A stretch of 64,000 nucleotides of DNA from NCBI GenBank assembly GCA_032718475.1, contig JAUCBJ010003548.1:81828-145827 (forward strand), in the 5' to 3' direction. The notes beneath the pieces were generated by a model. The model was not told the DNA's origin, did not search any database, and was given only the letters and a program-made list of their open reading frames with translations. This DNA is from Nemertoderma westbladi. Its lineage: Eukaryota; Animalia; Xenacoelomorpha. How positions within the stretch are numbered: position 1 is the first letter of the stretch; each line of letters opens with the position of its first letter. The position numbers and the translations under genes were made by a program. This document shows, in pieces, positions 1-13,763 of the stretch.

Positions 1-336
1 AAACCGCCCTACGGGCAGGTAATTCCACAAAGCTACGGGGATACATAACAGTTTAAATTTTGGTTTGGGCCTAGCCATGGCATAGGCACAGGACTAAACT
101 ATTGATAAAACAAAATTTTATACTGTAGGCCTACTACTATTAATATTAATCAGGTATCAATTTAATGTGCAGAAAATTTGTAGTGGTTACACAATACTGG
201 AATATTCAGTTATGTCGGGTCTTTTTCCAAGAAATTCGACAATCCAATTCAATCTTTAATCAATGCAAAGAAAGGCATTACTAATAACGTTAGATAAGTT
301 GGATTAAACAAATATCATAGGCTAAAGAACGATTTA

Positions 337-2170
337 ACACATTCGCGCCGGACGAGGCCCAGTTATGAGATACAAATTAAAATTGAGCTACTGTATCACA
401 AAATCAGTATTTGAAACACACCGCCAATCAATCAAAGAAAGGGGGACAGTACGTGTTCAGCCCTTTTAATCTGCACCCCCCCCCCCCCCCCCCCCCCCCC
501 TCCCTTCCTACCAACCAATACATAACCGCGACATTATAAGCCTCGTTGTGCTCGTCGTGTTTTGTATTTAAATATCTTTCCTAAACGCAGACTGACGATC
601 TTTATAACAACCGATGCGTTCGATAGGCGAAGCCAGGTATGGTTTTGGTTTATAGGAATATAGTCTACTCAGTACCGGTACTCGTCCTCATGAGCCTGAG
701 TTATAGTGTGGCAATTTAGATGCAGCAGTTGCACCCGACCAGCCGGAAACTCGGAACAATAGGCCTACTGCTTGTACTATGCCGTCTATGCGGGTCAATT
801 TCAACACCGCCGGATACTGGGTGATGGCAGAGTGAGATTAAAAAACCGGATTAATTCATCCTCGGTTACGGTCAGTCCAGTTTGCCCATAGCGGCAGCGA
901 TACCGAAAGTCGATGTCAACAGACAGAGGCGGCCTTGGTGGTGAGTTCGTCTGTTGTTTCATTTCAATTCCAACACTTTTCTGGGCAGCTGGGTAGACTC
1001 TGGTAGTGGGTACCTGAACTTAGAATGCCGGTCAGAAATTAATTTTCTTTCATTGCTGACAGGAGCGTGGTCGTGTGTTGTCGTAGTTCAGTACCGTACC
1101 GGTAGTTATGTAGGGGGCCGTCCAAGTATGACGTCAGCACTTTAGGGGGGGGGGGGGAAGGGGGGTTGGGAAAATCTGATGACGTGCTGATGAGGGGAGG
1201 GGATGGGATCAGCCAAAATCTGACGTCAGCATGTTCATTTATAGGTGCTAGAAGAGATATAGCAGAAGAGTAAATAGCTTGCCTATTTTAATTGTTCGAA
1301 GACCCAGAAGGCCCGTAGCACGACCTTCTGTTTCAGTTACCAGTCACCATGTTTCAGTGATTAGGACGCGAAAAATTTTTTAATCTGATTTAGGGGAGGG
1401 GGGGTGTCAACGCCTATCTGATGACATCTGATTTAGGGGAGGGAGGGGGTCAACATTTTGGGGAAAAGTGCAGACGTCTTACTTGGACGGCCCCTAGTTG
1501 GCGGTTGCTACCGGTCCGGTCAGCCGGTTGTACAGTCTGACAGTAGTAGGACGGTACGGCGCCAACGGACCCTCTAAACAAACTCAGGACCGCAGTCCGC
1601 ACTGCAGTGCGAGTGCATGGCTAATTAGGGCCTACAGAATTCAGGAATTACAGAATTAGGCCTGTCCTGGTCCTGTACCAGTATACGTGATCTATAATCA
1701 CTGCACCGGTACCGAGGTAATAGTCAGCCAGTACCGTAAAACACCGAATACAGTATGATAGTATTGAGTATTGTCTGATTCCAGATTCAGGGATTGAGTA
1801 TAGTACCTGTACAGGCAGACAGGCCACAATGGTATTACTGTAATTTCGTAATTTGCCAGAAACCCAGTTGATTTAGTCTCCTAGCAACCAGTTGATCTGA
1901 TGCCAAGCCTAATAATTTTTGGGTAGATAAATTTATTATAACTGTAAGACAGTTACACAGATGCTGCACGAAGACCCCACGCAAATTCAACTTGTAAAAT
2001 TTCTAAACTTTGGCCAGACTACATGTGTACCAAGTTTGGTTAAATTTCATTAACATTTGGCTGAGTTATTAACGTTTAAACATTTAACAGATCGACAGAA
2101 CAACAGACACACCGATTAAGTTAGTGGTACCTGTATGCTAAGCTCGCTTACTTTCGTCGCTCGCCCCACA
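337..2170 (-). mobile_element. Non-autonomous DINE-1/HINE-like element, copy 1, with a nested MITE
   Basis: The minus-strand start TGTGGGGCGAGCG...CTTAGCAT matches the copies at 7108, 14254, 23493 and 38167. Positions 355-660 resemble 5570-5900, and 1880-2170 resembles the reverse complement of 38167-38525. It has a GTCT-type microsatellite and the AAACTTGGTA motif. Family assignment is inferred from architecture. Confidence 0.6.
1114..1494. mobile_element. PIF/Harbinger-like MITE
   Basis: 30-bp TIR GGGGCCGTCCAAGTA(T/A)GACGTC(A/T)GCACTTT (28/30 match); 3-bp TAG on both flanks (1111-1113, 1495-1497). Confidence 0.8.
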
Positions 2171-2299
2171 TAACATATATAACGACAATAGAAGCAATAA
2201 ATATCGTTATGCTCATGAAATCCATAACTCGTTTTGGTTGTTACAGAAGTTTATATAAGTTAAATATTTTGTTATCGCCAAATACTGAATGCCACCATC

Positions 2300-3500
2300 A
2301 TGATCTCACACCAAAAAAATTACTGAGCACCAAATATATTTTAAAGGTAGCACCAATTTACATCCCCCAATATTGAATATCTCTCTCACCAAAAACAATT
2401 ATTCATCCCCCAAAACAATAATTTATCCCCAAAAACAATTATTCCTACCCCAAAAGCAATTATTCAATCTCCCTAAAATAATTATTTGTCAACCAAAAAC
2501 AATTCTTCCAGCACCAAATATTTTATGGAAAATTTATTTATACAAATTCATTCTTTATTTCCATAAATCAAACAAAATGTTTGATCATATTATACCGACG
2601 ATCCTCAGGTGAGTACAAAACAAAGACCCAATTAAAAAACCTGCTTAATCTTGTAACATGTGTTAACTTTCGTTTATTGTTTTGGTTCCCCCAATACGCC
2701 TCTGTAACCTGCTCCATTACTAACCTGATTCTTTAAATAGCAGGGACCTAACGCTCTATGGGACCTAACGCTCTTTGTGCCTTTACTCGACTTTACCTCT
2801 TTGTTTTGTACACAACGGGCAGTAAAGTCTTGGGTCTTTGCTCTTTGTTTTATACTCACGACCCGACGATCCTCGTACCAATAGTCTGTAACTAAGAGTC
2901 TGCTTATTTTGGTAGAATATTTGATTATTTTGGGGGAATAAGCATTTATTTTGAGGGATTATGTATTTATTTTGGGGGAAATATGTTTTTATTTTGGGGG
3001 AATATGTATTTATTTTGGGGGATTATGTATTTATTTTGGAGAAATATGTTTTTATTTTGGGGGAATATGTATTTATTTTGGGGGATTATGTATTTATTTT
3101 GGGGGATTATGTATTTATTTTGGGGGAAAATATATTTATTTTGGGGAATTATGTATTTATCTTAGGGGCAGCAAATGTATTTCTTTTGGGAAAATTTGCA
3201 TTTATTTTGGGAAAATTTGTACTTATTTTGGGAAAATTTGTATTTATTTTGGGGGTTTTGTCATTTATTTTGGTGTGAATAATTGGTTTTGGGGAGCATT
3301 CATTTATTTTGGTGTTGAATAATTGTTTTTGGTGTTGAATAATTGTTTTTAGTGTTGAATAATTGTTTTTAGTGTTGAATAATTGTTTTTGGTGTTAAAA
3401 AATTTATTTTGGAGTTTGAATAATTTTTTTTGGGGTCACATTATTATAATTGGTGTAATATAACTTTTTGTTGGTGAAATATTTTATTTGATTTATTTTG
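2300..3500. repeat. Degenerate ~22-bp minisatellite (ATGTATTTATTTTGGGGGAATT-like, 2905-3440) with a looser inverted arm at about 2300-2520
   Basis: Periodic TTTTGGGG units on the right and complementary CCCCAAAA units on the left. This explains the spurious ORFs at 2951-3322. Confidence 0.75.
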
Positions 3501-3864
3501 GTATCATATATCAATAGTATTATCAATTATATGTATTATATTATATGTATTATCAATTGGTAGCCTTTTGTCATCTTCCACAATAAATATTTTAGAGTTA
3601 ACTAGAAATTAGACCTATTCTCATAGTATTCTGAACAGTACATAATATGGACCCCAAAACTCCAGATAGTGGCGCAAATTTACCGCAAAAAATTATCTTC
3701 AGCGCAAATTGACCGCAAATACCATGTGGGTGGACTTGTGTACTTTAGAACCTCCAGCGCAAATACCATGAGTATGGTCTTAGTGTACTTTGGACGTTAT
3801 GGTGTTAATGTTTTTAATGGACATTGGCATAATGAAAGGTCTTGATGTTTTTAATGGATTTATA

Positions 3865-4582
3865 TAGTGGGGTCAGTGGACATAGTGGGGTTAGTGGACA
3901 TAGTGGGGTTAGTGGACATAGTGGTGTTAGTGGACATAGTTGGGTTAGTGGACATAGTGAGGTTAGTGGACATAGTGGGGTTAGTGGACATTATGGAGTT
4001 ACTGGACGTAGTGGGTTTAGTGGACATGGTGGGGTTAGTGGACATAGTGGGGTTAGTAGACATAGTGGGGTTAGTGGACATTATGGAGTTACTGGACATA
4101 GTGGGGTCAGTGGACATTATGGAGTTACTGGTCATAGTGGGGTTAGTGGACATTATGGAGTTACTGGACATAGTGGAGTCAGTGGACATTATGGAGTTAC
4201 TGGTCATAGTGGGGTTAGTGGACATTGAGTTACTGGACATAGTGGGGTTAGTGGACATAGTGGGGTTAGTGGACATAGTGGGGTTAGTGGACATAGTTGG
4301 GTTAGTGGACATAGTGGGGTTAGTGGACACAGTGGGGTTAGTGGACAGTATGGAGTTACTGGACATAGTGGGGTTAGTGGACATAGTGGGGTTAGTGGAC
4401 ATTGAGTTACTGGACATAGTGGGGTTAGTGGACATAGTGGGGTTAGTGGACATAGTGGGGTTAGTGGACATAGTTGGGTTAGTGGACATAGTGGGGTTAG
4501 TGGACACAGTGGGGTTAGTGGACATTATGGAGTTACTGGACATAGTGGGGTTAGTGGAGATTATGGAGTTACTGGACTATAG
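3865..4582. repeat. 18-bp minisatellite (TAGTGGGGTTAGTGGACA)n, about 40 copies
   Basis: Direct tandem periodicity, with a TTATGGAGTTACTGGACA variant unit. Confidence 0.95.
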
Positions 4583-4869
4583 TAAAAATTTCTTATCGTG
4601 AAAGCAATTGTAATGAATCGGAAGTTTATTGCGTGTTGGTTTTTTGCAATAAATCCCGATTCATTACAATATGTAAAAGAAATTGAACCGTTCGTAACGT
4701 GACGATTCTTCAGATTATTCGATATCATTAGGAAGCTACAGAATCACATTACAATGATTCCTAGACATCATCTGTCTTCGTATGCGGTAGAGTCATCTGA
4801 ATTTGATTGAGAAATAGTCGAGGAATTATAAAATAAATGGCTGCGAAAAGCTTTTTAATCCCAATTATT

Positions 4870-5543
4870 TACAGTGTTCTACAGTGTTCCACAGTCCTCT
4901 ACAGTGCTCTACAGTGCTCTACAATGCTCTACAGTGCTCTACAGTGTTCTACAGTCCTCTACAGTGCTCTACAATGCTCTACAGTGCTCCACAGTGCTCT
5001 ACAGTGCTCTACAATGTTCTACAGTGCTCTACAGTGTTCTACAGTCCTCTACAGTGTTCTACAGTCCTCTACAGTGTTCTACAATGCTCTACAGTGCTCT
5101 ACAATGCTCTACAGTGCTCTACAGTGTTCTACAGTCCTCTACAGTGCTCTACAATGCTCTACAGTGCTCTACAGTGCTCTACAGTGCTCTACAATGTTCT
5201 ACAGTGCTCTACAGTGTTCTACAGTCCTCTACAGTGTTCTACAGTGCTCTACAATGCTCTACAGTGCTCTACAGTGTTCTACAGTGCTCTACAGTGCTCT
5301 ACAGTGTTCTACAGTCCTCTACAGTGTTCTACAGTGCTCTACAGTGTTCTACAGTGCTCTACAATGCTCTACAATGCTCTACAGTGCTCTACAGTGTTCT
5401 ACAGTGCTCTACAATGCTCTACAGTGCTCTACAGTGCTCTACAATGCTCTACAGTGCTCTACAGTGCTCTACAGTGTTCTACAGTCCTCTACAGTGTTCT
5501 ACAGTCCTCTACAATGCTCTACAGTGCTCTACAGTGTTCTACA
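4870..5543. repeat. 10-bp minisatellite (ACAGTGCTCT)n, about 67 copies; resumes at 7106-7133 after an insertion
   Basis: Direct tandem periodicity; the same unit reappears immediately after 7108. Confidence 0.95.
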
Positions 5544-7108
5544 CGTTCGTGGGGCCTTCGCGCAGCACGAGGCCCAGTTATGAGATACAAATTAAAATTG
5601 AGCGACTGTATCACAAAATCAGGTTTTGAGAAATTTACCCACACCACCAATCAATCAAAGAAAGGGGGACAGTACGTGTTCACCCCTTTTAATCCCCCCC
5701 CCCCCCCCACCCTTCCCAACCACCAATACATAACCGCGACATCTACCACCCACGGAAGGGTAGCACGAACTTATTTCCAATCGCACGTTCAATATGCAAA
5801 GCCAGGTGGTTTATAGGAATATAATAAACGCAGTACTCGTATTCATTATAAGCCTCGTTGCGTTCGTCCTGTTTTGTATTTAAATATATTTCTTAAACGC
5901 AGGCTAGGACGTTCTTTATAATAATAATAACTAGGGATGCGATCAATATGTGAAGCCAGGTGGTTTATATAATAATTTAGTCAACGCAGTACTCGCCTTC
6001 ATTATATGCCTCGTTGCGCTCGTCGCTTGTCCTGTTTTGTTATAAAATATTTTTCCTAAACGCAGACTGACGATCTTTATACAGTTATAACTATGCGAAG
6101 TTTCGAAACTGTGCGAGTAACTGTTGATACATCTATGTGGATATGTGTGATATGTGGAGATGTGTGATACAACGCCAACGCATCTTATGCCGATGTAGTA
6201 ATATGGGTATTGAAATAATATTAAATTAATGTACACTCTTAAAGCTGCAGCGAAAAAATGTAGCTAATTTCCTAGGTTACATATAAAATAATAATATTAT
6301 TTTTAAGAACATTAATTTTACTACTTTGCAAAAATTCAATTAAAAAATAACCAGACATATACATTGTGGAATAAACTATTTCAGAAGCCTACACAACAGC
6401 CATGCCATGGATAGTATTTATGTTATGATATCTGTCATTCACCTGAGATAGCAATACAACATTTATAGTGAATTTAAAGAATGCTGTCTGGGCTGGAATA
6501 GCAATACTGGCTGTCTATTACTATTCCTCTCTGGTTAGTCTTAGCAACAACTCCCAGCCAGCAGCAGAGACTTGACCAATAATCATTCCCAGCAACTGGG
6601 AATGACACACACATCCCATCTATGTACCAGCATGTTGGCCAATAAATGAGCAGTATTTAATGAGAACAAATTTTTTTTGCCGTTTTAATTACTTTAGATC
6701 AATTAAAGACACAATTATTAAAGCAAATCACTTGAACTAATTAAAAACTATAATAGAATGGCGTATGGGGATTACATCTGTATAATTTTTAATTATAATT
6801 ATTTAAATCTTATACTGTAAAACAATTAATTTCCTTTAAAAGGCAGGTTGAAAATGGTGTTTTTACCGTAATAACTTAATTAACTAATTAACTGCTATTA
6901 TCTTAGCTTCTCGAAGGCCACACTGAAATTCTACTTGGAAAATTTCTAAACTTTTGCCAAACAACATGTGTACCAAGTTTGGATAGATTTCATCAAAGAT
7001 TGGCCGAGTTATTAACGTTTAAAATTGAACACGACAGAACGACAGAACGACAGGTTGATTAATGGTACCACTACGCTAAGGCTCACTCACTTCGTGGCTC
7101 GCCCCACA
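5541..7108 (-). mobile_element. DINE-1/HINE-like element, copy 2, inserted into the 10-bp array
   Basis: Minus strand begins TGTGGGGCGAGCCACGAAGTGAG and ends GCTGCGCGAAGGCCCCACGAACGTGT, matching the termini of 14254-14584 and 23493-24761. The array continues on both sides. Confidence 0.75.
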
Positions 7109-7437
7109 GTGCTCTACAATGCTCTACAGTGTTACGTAATTAAATAGCTTAGCGCAGATGAACTTTCTAACGTTCATTTCTCCGATATTTCCCAACAAAA
7201 TTTAGATGTAAATTTCCATAAGTTTCTATTTCTTTAGGGTTGAGTCGGCTACTTATGTAAACTCAATTTGTTCAGTCCAGTAAAAAGCTGTAGCCTAACA
7301 ACCCTAAACAAATTCGGGTTAAAGTTTACAGCAGCTGTAGATTTTATAACATATTGTACGAGAATAACTATTCTGACACCTGGAATACACATAATAACCA
7401 TTCTCTAATAATATATTATGGGTTGTTTTGTTCAGAA

Positions 7438-7620
7438 TTGGTAAAAATGTGGAAGGTCATCAGTGGGGGTTGAACCAGCGCTATACTCAATTGAACAAAG
7501 ACGAGTCAGAGGAATGTGGTTCAACTGGTTATCGCCACTTATCAGGCGTAATAGCCCTAAACAGAGCCGTGGCGTATAGCGCTGGTTCAAACATCGGCAA
7601 CTTGCTTCCTCAATTTACCA
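7438..7620. repeat. Small imperfect inverted repeat (MITE relic)
   Basis: TTGAACCAGCGCTATAC versus GTATAGCGCTGGTTCAA, with looser outer arms. Confidence 0.5.
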
Positions 7621-8693
7621 CTTTTGATGAAAACAACGCAACATAATATAATTTTATTACAAGTCGCATCATCTCAAACTAAATTTATTTATTTACATTA
7701 ATGATAACTGTTTGGTAAAGCGAAGAATTCGTTCATAACGCGACTCAAAGTATGATTTTGAGCGTCATGGCAACTGAAAAGCTTTACCGACGGCTTAACT
7801 TTAATTAGAATTCGGGCCTGTTTTGTTTCAATTGCCGGTAGAAACACTATATAATATCAATGTATTAGCCAATTAATGAATAGATTACGTAAGAATGCAT
7901 TTAATCCTAGCGTTGAATATAGATTACATGTAGCAGTTAAACATATTCACTATGTTAATTATAATTGTTGGTCCTTAATAATAAATACTCTTATAACAGA
8001 ACGCATAATTAAAATGTTGGCACTAACAGCCACAACCAATCCAATGTTATGCTTGTATTATTATGCAATATCCTTCCAATCTCGCCAAATATTATGCAAG
8101 TAGGCCGGCCTAGTGTTCATTGAAATGGAACTCATCCCTAATATTGCACTGGTTCAATGAGCATACTGTACAGTGTACACGAATAAATTCATTTCATGGT
8201 AATAGCAATGTAAATTTGTAAAACGATGGTGTGCATAAAACAAAGCATAATTCAGGGATATGGTCTGGTCAGGTCACGCCATGGTTAGCTTTTAGCTACG
8301 TCATATTGAATCGCAAGCGTAAATAAAGATATTACGCGGTTCACCGCCGAATCGAACAAGTGTTTCGGAATCGCTAGACGCTAATTCAGTAACACTTTTG
8401 AGACGAACGGACATTTACTAATTCCTATGATTTTTATGTTTGTAAGTTTCTGGACGAAATGTCGTATAATAATTCAGACACAATGAATTCTTCTCGAGAA
8501 CTGAATAATTTTATTAGGTATCCATGATTTGGTAGTTAGAAATCCGGCATAGGAGTGTACACGTGAAGATGCCCCGTAGTACGGATAGTTCTGAAAGACA
8601 AGACTCAGTTTAATTTTTATCAATGATAGCTCCAGCTACAGGCAAGTTAAATACCCCCGATTCAAGATAGTGTTGTCTCACATACAGATCTTA

Positions 8694-8789
8694 CGGCTTG
8701 TTTAAAGCCTTGTTTGGTTAAGCGGCTTGTTTAAAGCCTTGTTTGGTTAAGCGGCTTGTTTAAAGCCTTGTTTGGTTAAGCGGCTTGTT
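8694..8789. repeat. 29-bp tandem repeat, about 3.3 copies
   Basis: CGGCTTGTTTAAAGCCTTGTTTGGTTAAG starts at 8694, 8723 and 8752. Confidence 0.9.
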
Positions 8790-9151
8790 AATTAGATTTA
8801 TGTAGTAAGTAATTATAATTTGCGCCTTAGCCCTGAGTACGGACCAAAACCCCATAGAAGATTGAACTAGCATCTATGCGAAATTACGTTGTAACGTTCT
8901 AATTTTCATAATATATCGGTTCCACAATTTGTGTGCCTGTGTACCTGTCACCTGTGTTATATTATAAGTGGGAGGATATATTTTAAATATTACATGTACC
9001 ATACAGGTATAGTTGTATTCATTTTTACATACATACAGTACATTGTGCGTATTTACTTAAATAACACGCTAACCACGCTGTGCAATATATGTAATCTATT
9101 GTCATTCATATTTGCATGATTATTTAATATAATAAAAATAATAAATACAAC

Positions 9152-10050
9152 ATCTAAAATGGAGACAGGGTGGAAACTGGACGCAAATCCCAACTCGGAG
9201 AATTAATATTTCGTCTCAATGTTTAATTATCAATTTAGGAAATGAGCAGGTTACCGTGGCTCGTTATTCTAACCAAAACAATAAAGTCAGCTGTTATTTG
9301 GCTCGAGATTGGATTAATTTTGATTGCGTCGAAAGACCCCCCCCCCCCCTCCCACTATAGATGAGGCAGTCGCTGCCCCTGTTCCTGACATACTATTTGG
9401 TTGCGTTTAACGTTGATTAGTCATTACCTCGCATTCTTGTACGGAGGAATTGAAGTGTTGTTTGAAGTTGATTGAAGTGAACTGTTTAACCATTTCTATG
9501 TAATGGCAGCTATCTATGGAAGCACGCACGGCACTACTTCTCGTTTTGCAAAAGCTTGAAAAGTATTACATTGACACGCGCTGACACATTATTATGCGGC
9601 GCAAGTTTGTGGTGCTGTTTCCCAGTGGTTAGTAAGTTATCCCTAGATCTAAATAACCCACTTTGCCTGTTTTCTCCCATGGAAACATACAGGATGTCTG
9701 GAACACCAGACAATCTTAATTTACTGTTTTCTATTTGTACATACCTACCACTGGTGGTACGACAGACCGCAAAGCTACACAGAGTAATAATACTGCCCGG
9801 AGTCACATTACGTAGAGCTAGCAGATAGGGGGGGGGGGGGGGTGGTGGGAAACTGTACGCAATAAAAATTCATCCCACTCCAGGGAAATTCGACGCAAAT
9901 AACAGCTGATCACTTAATTACTTGTTGAAATAACGTGCCACTGCAACCTGCTCCTTTCCTAAATTGAGAAATTAACATTGAGGCGGGATATTAATTCGCC
10001 AAGGCGGGATTTGCATCCAGTTTCCCCCCTGTCTCAGAGTTAGATCAGAG
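9152..10050. mobile_element. Long-TIR MITE (MULE-like)
   Basis: ~150-bp imperfect inverted arms (9152-9300 versus 9895-10045); AAATACAAC direct repeat at 9143-9151 and 10051-10059. A related fragment lies at about 43320-43540. Confidence 0.6.
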
Positions 10051-10251
10051 AAATACAACTACAGTATATTGTTGATGGAATAAATTCCGCTGTCGCAATA
10101 TGATAGTTATAAAATGTTTAATTAAATGTTCTAAACGGACTAGGGTTAGGTAAGACTAAGGTTAACTCTCGTAATATTGCCAGACTTGTTCATATTATTG
10201 GTATTCGTATTTTAGTTATACATTTTAACTGAGATAGTTACCATCCGCCTT

Positions 10252-13200
10252 TCCATTTAGTGTGCGACAAGAGTTATATTTCTCCATTTAGTGTGCGACA
10301 AGAGTTATATTTCTCCATTTAGTGTGTGACAAGAGTTATATTTCTCCATTTAGTGTGCGACAAGAGTTATATTTCTCCATTTAGTGTGCGACAAGAGTTA
10401 TATTTCTCCATTTAGTGTGTGACAAGAGTTATATTTCTCCATTTAGTGTGCGACAAGAGTTATATTTCTCCATTTAGTGTGCGACAAGAGTTATATTTCT
10501 CCATTTAGTGTGTGACAAGAGTTATATTTCTCCATTTAGTTTGTGACAAGAGTTATATTTCTACATTTAGTGTGCGACAAGAGTTATATTTCTCCATTTA
10601 GTGTGTGACAAGAGTTATATTTCTCCATTTAGTGTGCGACAAGAGTTATATTTCTCCATTTAGTGTGCGACAAGAGTTATATTTCTCCATTTAGTGTGCG
10701 ACAAGAGTTATATTTCTCCATTTAGTGTGCGACAAGAGTTATATTTCTCCATTTAGTGTGTGACAAGAGTTATATTTCTCTATTTAGTGTGTGACAAGAG
10801 TTATATTTCTCCATTTAGTGTGCGACAAGAGTTATATTTCTCCATTTAGTGTGCGACAAGAGTTATATTTCTCCATTTAGTGTGCGACAAGAGTTATATT
10901 TCTCCATTTAGTGTGTGACAAGAGTTATATTTCTCCATTTAGTTTGTGACAAGAGTTATATTTCTCCATTTAGTGTGCGACAAGAGTTATATTTCTCCAT
11001 TTAGTGTGTGACAAGAGTTATATTTCTCCATTTAGTGTGTGACAAGAGTTATATTTCTCCATTTAGTGTGCGACAAGAGTTATATTTCTCCATTTAGTGT
11101 GTGACAAGAGTTATATTTCTCCATTTAGTTTGTGACAAGAGTTATATTTCTCCATTTAGTGTGCGACAAGAGTTATATTTCTCCATTTAGTGTGTGACAA
11201 GAGTTATATTTCTCCATTTAGTTTGTGACAAGAGTTATATTTCTCCATTTAGTGTGCGACAAGAGTTATATTTCTCCATTTAGTGTGCGACAAGAGTTAT
11301 ATTTCTCAATTTAGTGTGCGACAAGAGTTATATTTCTCCATTTAGTGTGCGACAAGAGTTATATTTCTCAATTTAGTGTGTGACAAGAGTTATATTTCTC
11401 CATTTAGTGTGTGACAAGAGTTATATTTCTCCATTTAGTGTGCGACAAGAGTTATATTTCTCCATTTAGTGTGTGACAAGAGTTATATTTCTCCATTTAG
11501 TTTGTGACAAGAGTTATATTTCTCCATTTAGTGTGCGACAAGAGTTATATTTCTCCATTTAGTGTGCGACAAGAGTTATATTTCTCAATTTAGTGTGCGA
11601 CAAGAGTTATATTTCTCCATTTAGTGTGCGACAAGAGTTATATTTCTCCATTTAGTGTGCGACAAGAGTTATATTTCTCCATTTAGTGTGTGACAAGAGT
11701 TATATTTCTCCATTTAGTTTGTGACAAGAGTTATATTTCTCCATTTAGTGTGCGACAAGAGTTATATTTCTCCATTTAGTGTGTGACAAGAGTTATATTT
11801 CTCCATTTAGTGTGCGACAAGAGTTATATTTCTCCATTTAGTGTGCGACAAGAGTTATATTTCTCCATTTAGTGTGCGACAAGAGTTATATTTCTCAATT
11901 TAGTGTGTGACAAGAGTTATATTTCTCCATTTAGTTTGTGACAAGAGTTATATTTCTCCATTTAGTGTGCGACAAGAGTTATATTTCTCCATTTAGTGTG
12001 TGACAAGAGTTATATTTCTCCATTTAGTGTGCGACAAGAGTTATATTTCTCCATTTAGTGTGCGACAAGAGTTATATTTCTCAATTTAGTGTGTGACAAG
12101 AGTTATATTTCTCCATTTAGTTTGTGACAAGAGTTATATTTCTCCATTTAGTGTGCGACAAGAGTTATATTTCTCCATTTAGTGTGCGACAAGAGTTATA
12201 TTTCTCCATTTAGTGTGCGACAAGAGTTATATTTCTCCATTTAGTGTGTGACAAGAGTTATATTTCTCCATTTAGTGTGCGACAAGAGTTATATTTCTCC
12301 ATTTAGTGTGTGACAAGAGTTATATTTCTCCATTTAGTGTGTGACAAGAGTTATATTTCTCCATTTAGTTTGTGACAAGAGTTATATTTCTCCATTTAGT
12401 GTGCGACAAGAGTTATATTTCTCCATTTAGTGTGTGACAAGAGTTATATTTCTCCATTTAGTGTGCGACAAGAGTTATATTTCTCCATTTAGTTTGTGAC
12501 AAGAGTTATATTTCTCCATTTAGTGTGCGACAAGAGTTATATTTCTCCATTTAGTGTGTGACAAGAGTTATATTTCTCCATTTAGTGTGCGACAAGAGTT
12601 ATATTTCTCCATTTAGTTTGTGACAAGAGTTATATTTCTCCATTTAGTGTGCGACAAGAGTTATATTTCTCCATTTAGTGTGCGACAAGAGTTATATTTC
12701 TCCATTTAGTGTTTGACAAGAGTTATATTTCTCCATTTAGTGTGTGACAAGAGTTATATTTCTCCATTTAGTGTGCGACAAGAGTTATATTTCTCCATTT
12801 AGTGTGCGACAAGAGTTATATTTCTCCATTTAGTGTGCGACAAGAGTTATATTTCTCAATTTAGTGTGTGACAAGAGTTATATTTCTCCATTTAGTGTGC
12901 GACAAGAGTTATATTTCTCAATTTAGTGTGTGACAAGAGTTATATTTCTCCATTTAGTTTGTGACAAGAGTTATTTTTCTCCATTTAGTGTGCGACAAGA
13001 GTTATATTTCTCCATTTAGTGTGTGACAAGAGTTATATTTCTCCATTTAGTGTGCGACAAGAGTTATATTTCTCCATTTAGTGTGCGACAAGAGTTATAT
13101 TTCTCAATTTAGTGTGTGACAAGAGTTATATTTCTCCATTTAGTTTGTGACAAGAGTTATATTTCTACATTTAGTGTGCGACAAGAGTTATATTTCTCCA

Positions 13201-13630
13201 TTTAGTGTGTGACAAGAGTTATATTTCTCCATTTAGTGTGTGACAAGAGTTATATTTCTCCATTTAGTGTGCGACAAGAGTTATATTTCTCCATTTAGTG
13301 TGCGACAAGAGTTATATTTCTCCATTTAGTGTGTGACAAGAGTTATATTTCTCCATTTAGTGTGTGACAAGAGTTATATTTTTCCATTTAGTGTGTGACA
13401 AGAGTTATATTTCTCCATTTAGTGTGCGACAAGAGTTATATTTCTCCATTTAGTGTGTGACAAGAGTTATATTTCTCCATTTAGTGTGCGACAAGAGTTA
13501 TATTTCTCCATTTAGTGTGCGACAAGAGTTATATTTTTTCATTTAGTGTGTGACAAGAGTTATATTTCTCCATTTAGTGTGTGACAAGAGTTATATTTCT
13601 CCATTTAGTGTGCGACAAGAGTTATATTTC
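10252..13630. repeat. 31-bp minisatellite (TCCATTTAGTGTGCGACAAGAGTTATATTTC)n, about 109 copies
   Basis: Very homogeneous 31-bp period with only a few variant positions and no spacers. Confidence 0.97.
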
Positions 13631-13763
13631 TGCTTTCAACTTTAGCTACAAGCGGTTGAAAATTGTCTTAAAAACAATTATGAATATTATACCAGTCGCG
13701 AGTTGCTCTGTATTTATTCATAGCCCTTTTCTCAATATGGTACCGCTAGAATGGTGAAATTAC

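Noticed and set aside
476-500. Long poly-C/poly-G runs (also near 1145, 9828, 13790, 44669, 58834) as functional G-quadruplexes
   Set aside because: They are common throughout the window, mostly inside repeats, and homopolymer lengths are error-prone; there is no specific evidence of function.
2951-5816. Long low-complexity ORFs (GVSGHS, STNPTM and LYSALQCST repeats)
   Set aside because: They are open in several frames or strands only because the minisatellite units lack stops; there is no splice or domain evidence.
7428-7646. 72-aa ORF with an acceptor-like start
   Set aside because: It coincides with an inverted-repeat relic and shows no recognisable domain.
10252-13630. CRISPR-like array (31-bp repeats); likewise the 39-, 46- and 49-bp arrays
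   Set aside because: The units are contiguous with no unique spacers, there are no cas genes, and the context is eukaryotic.
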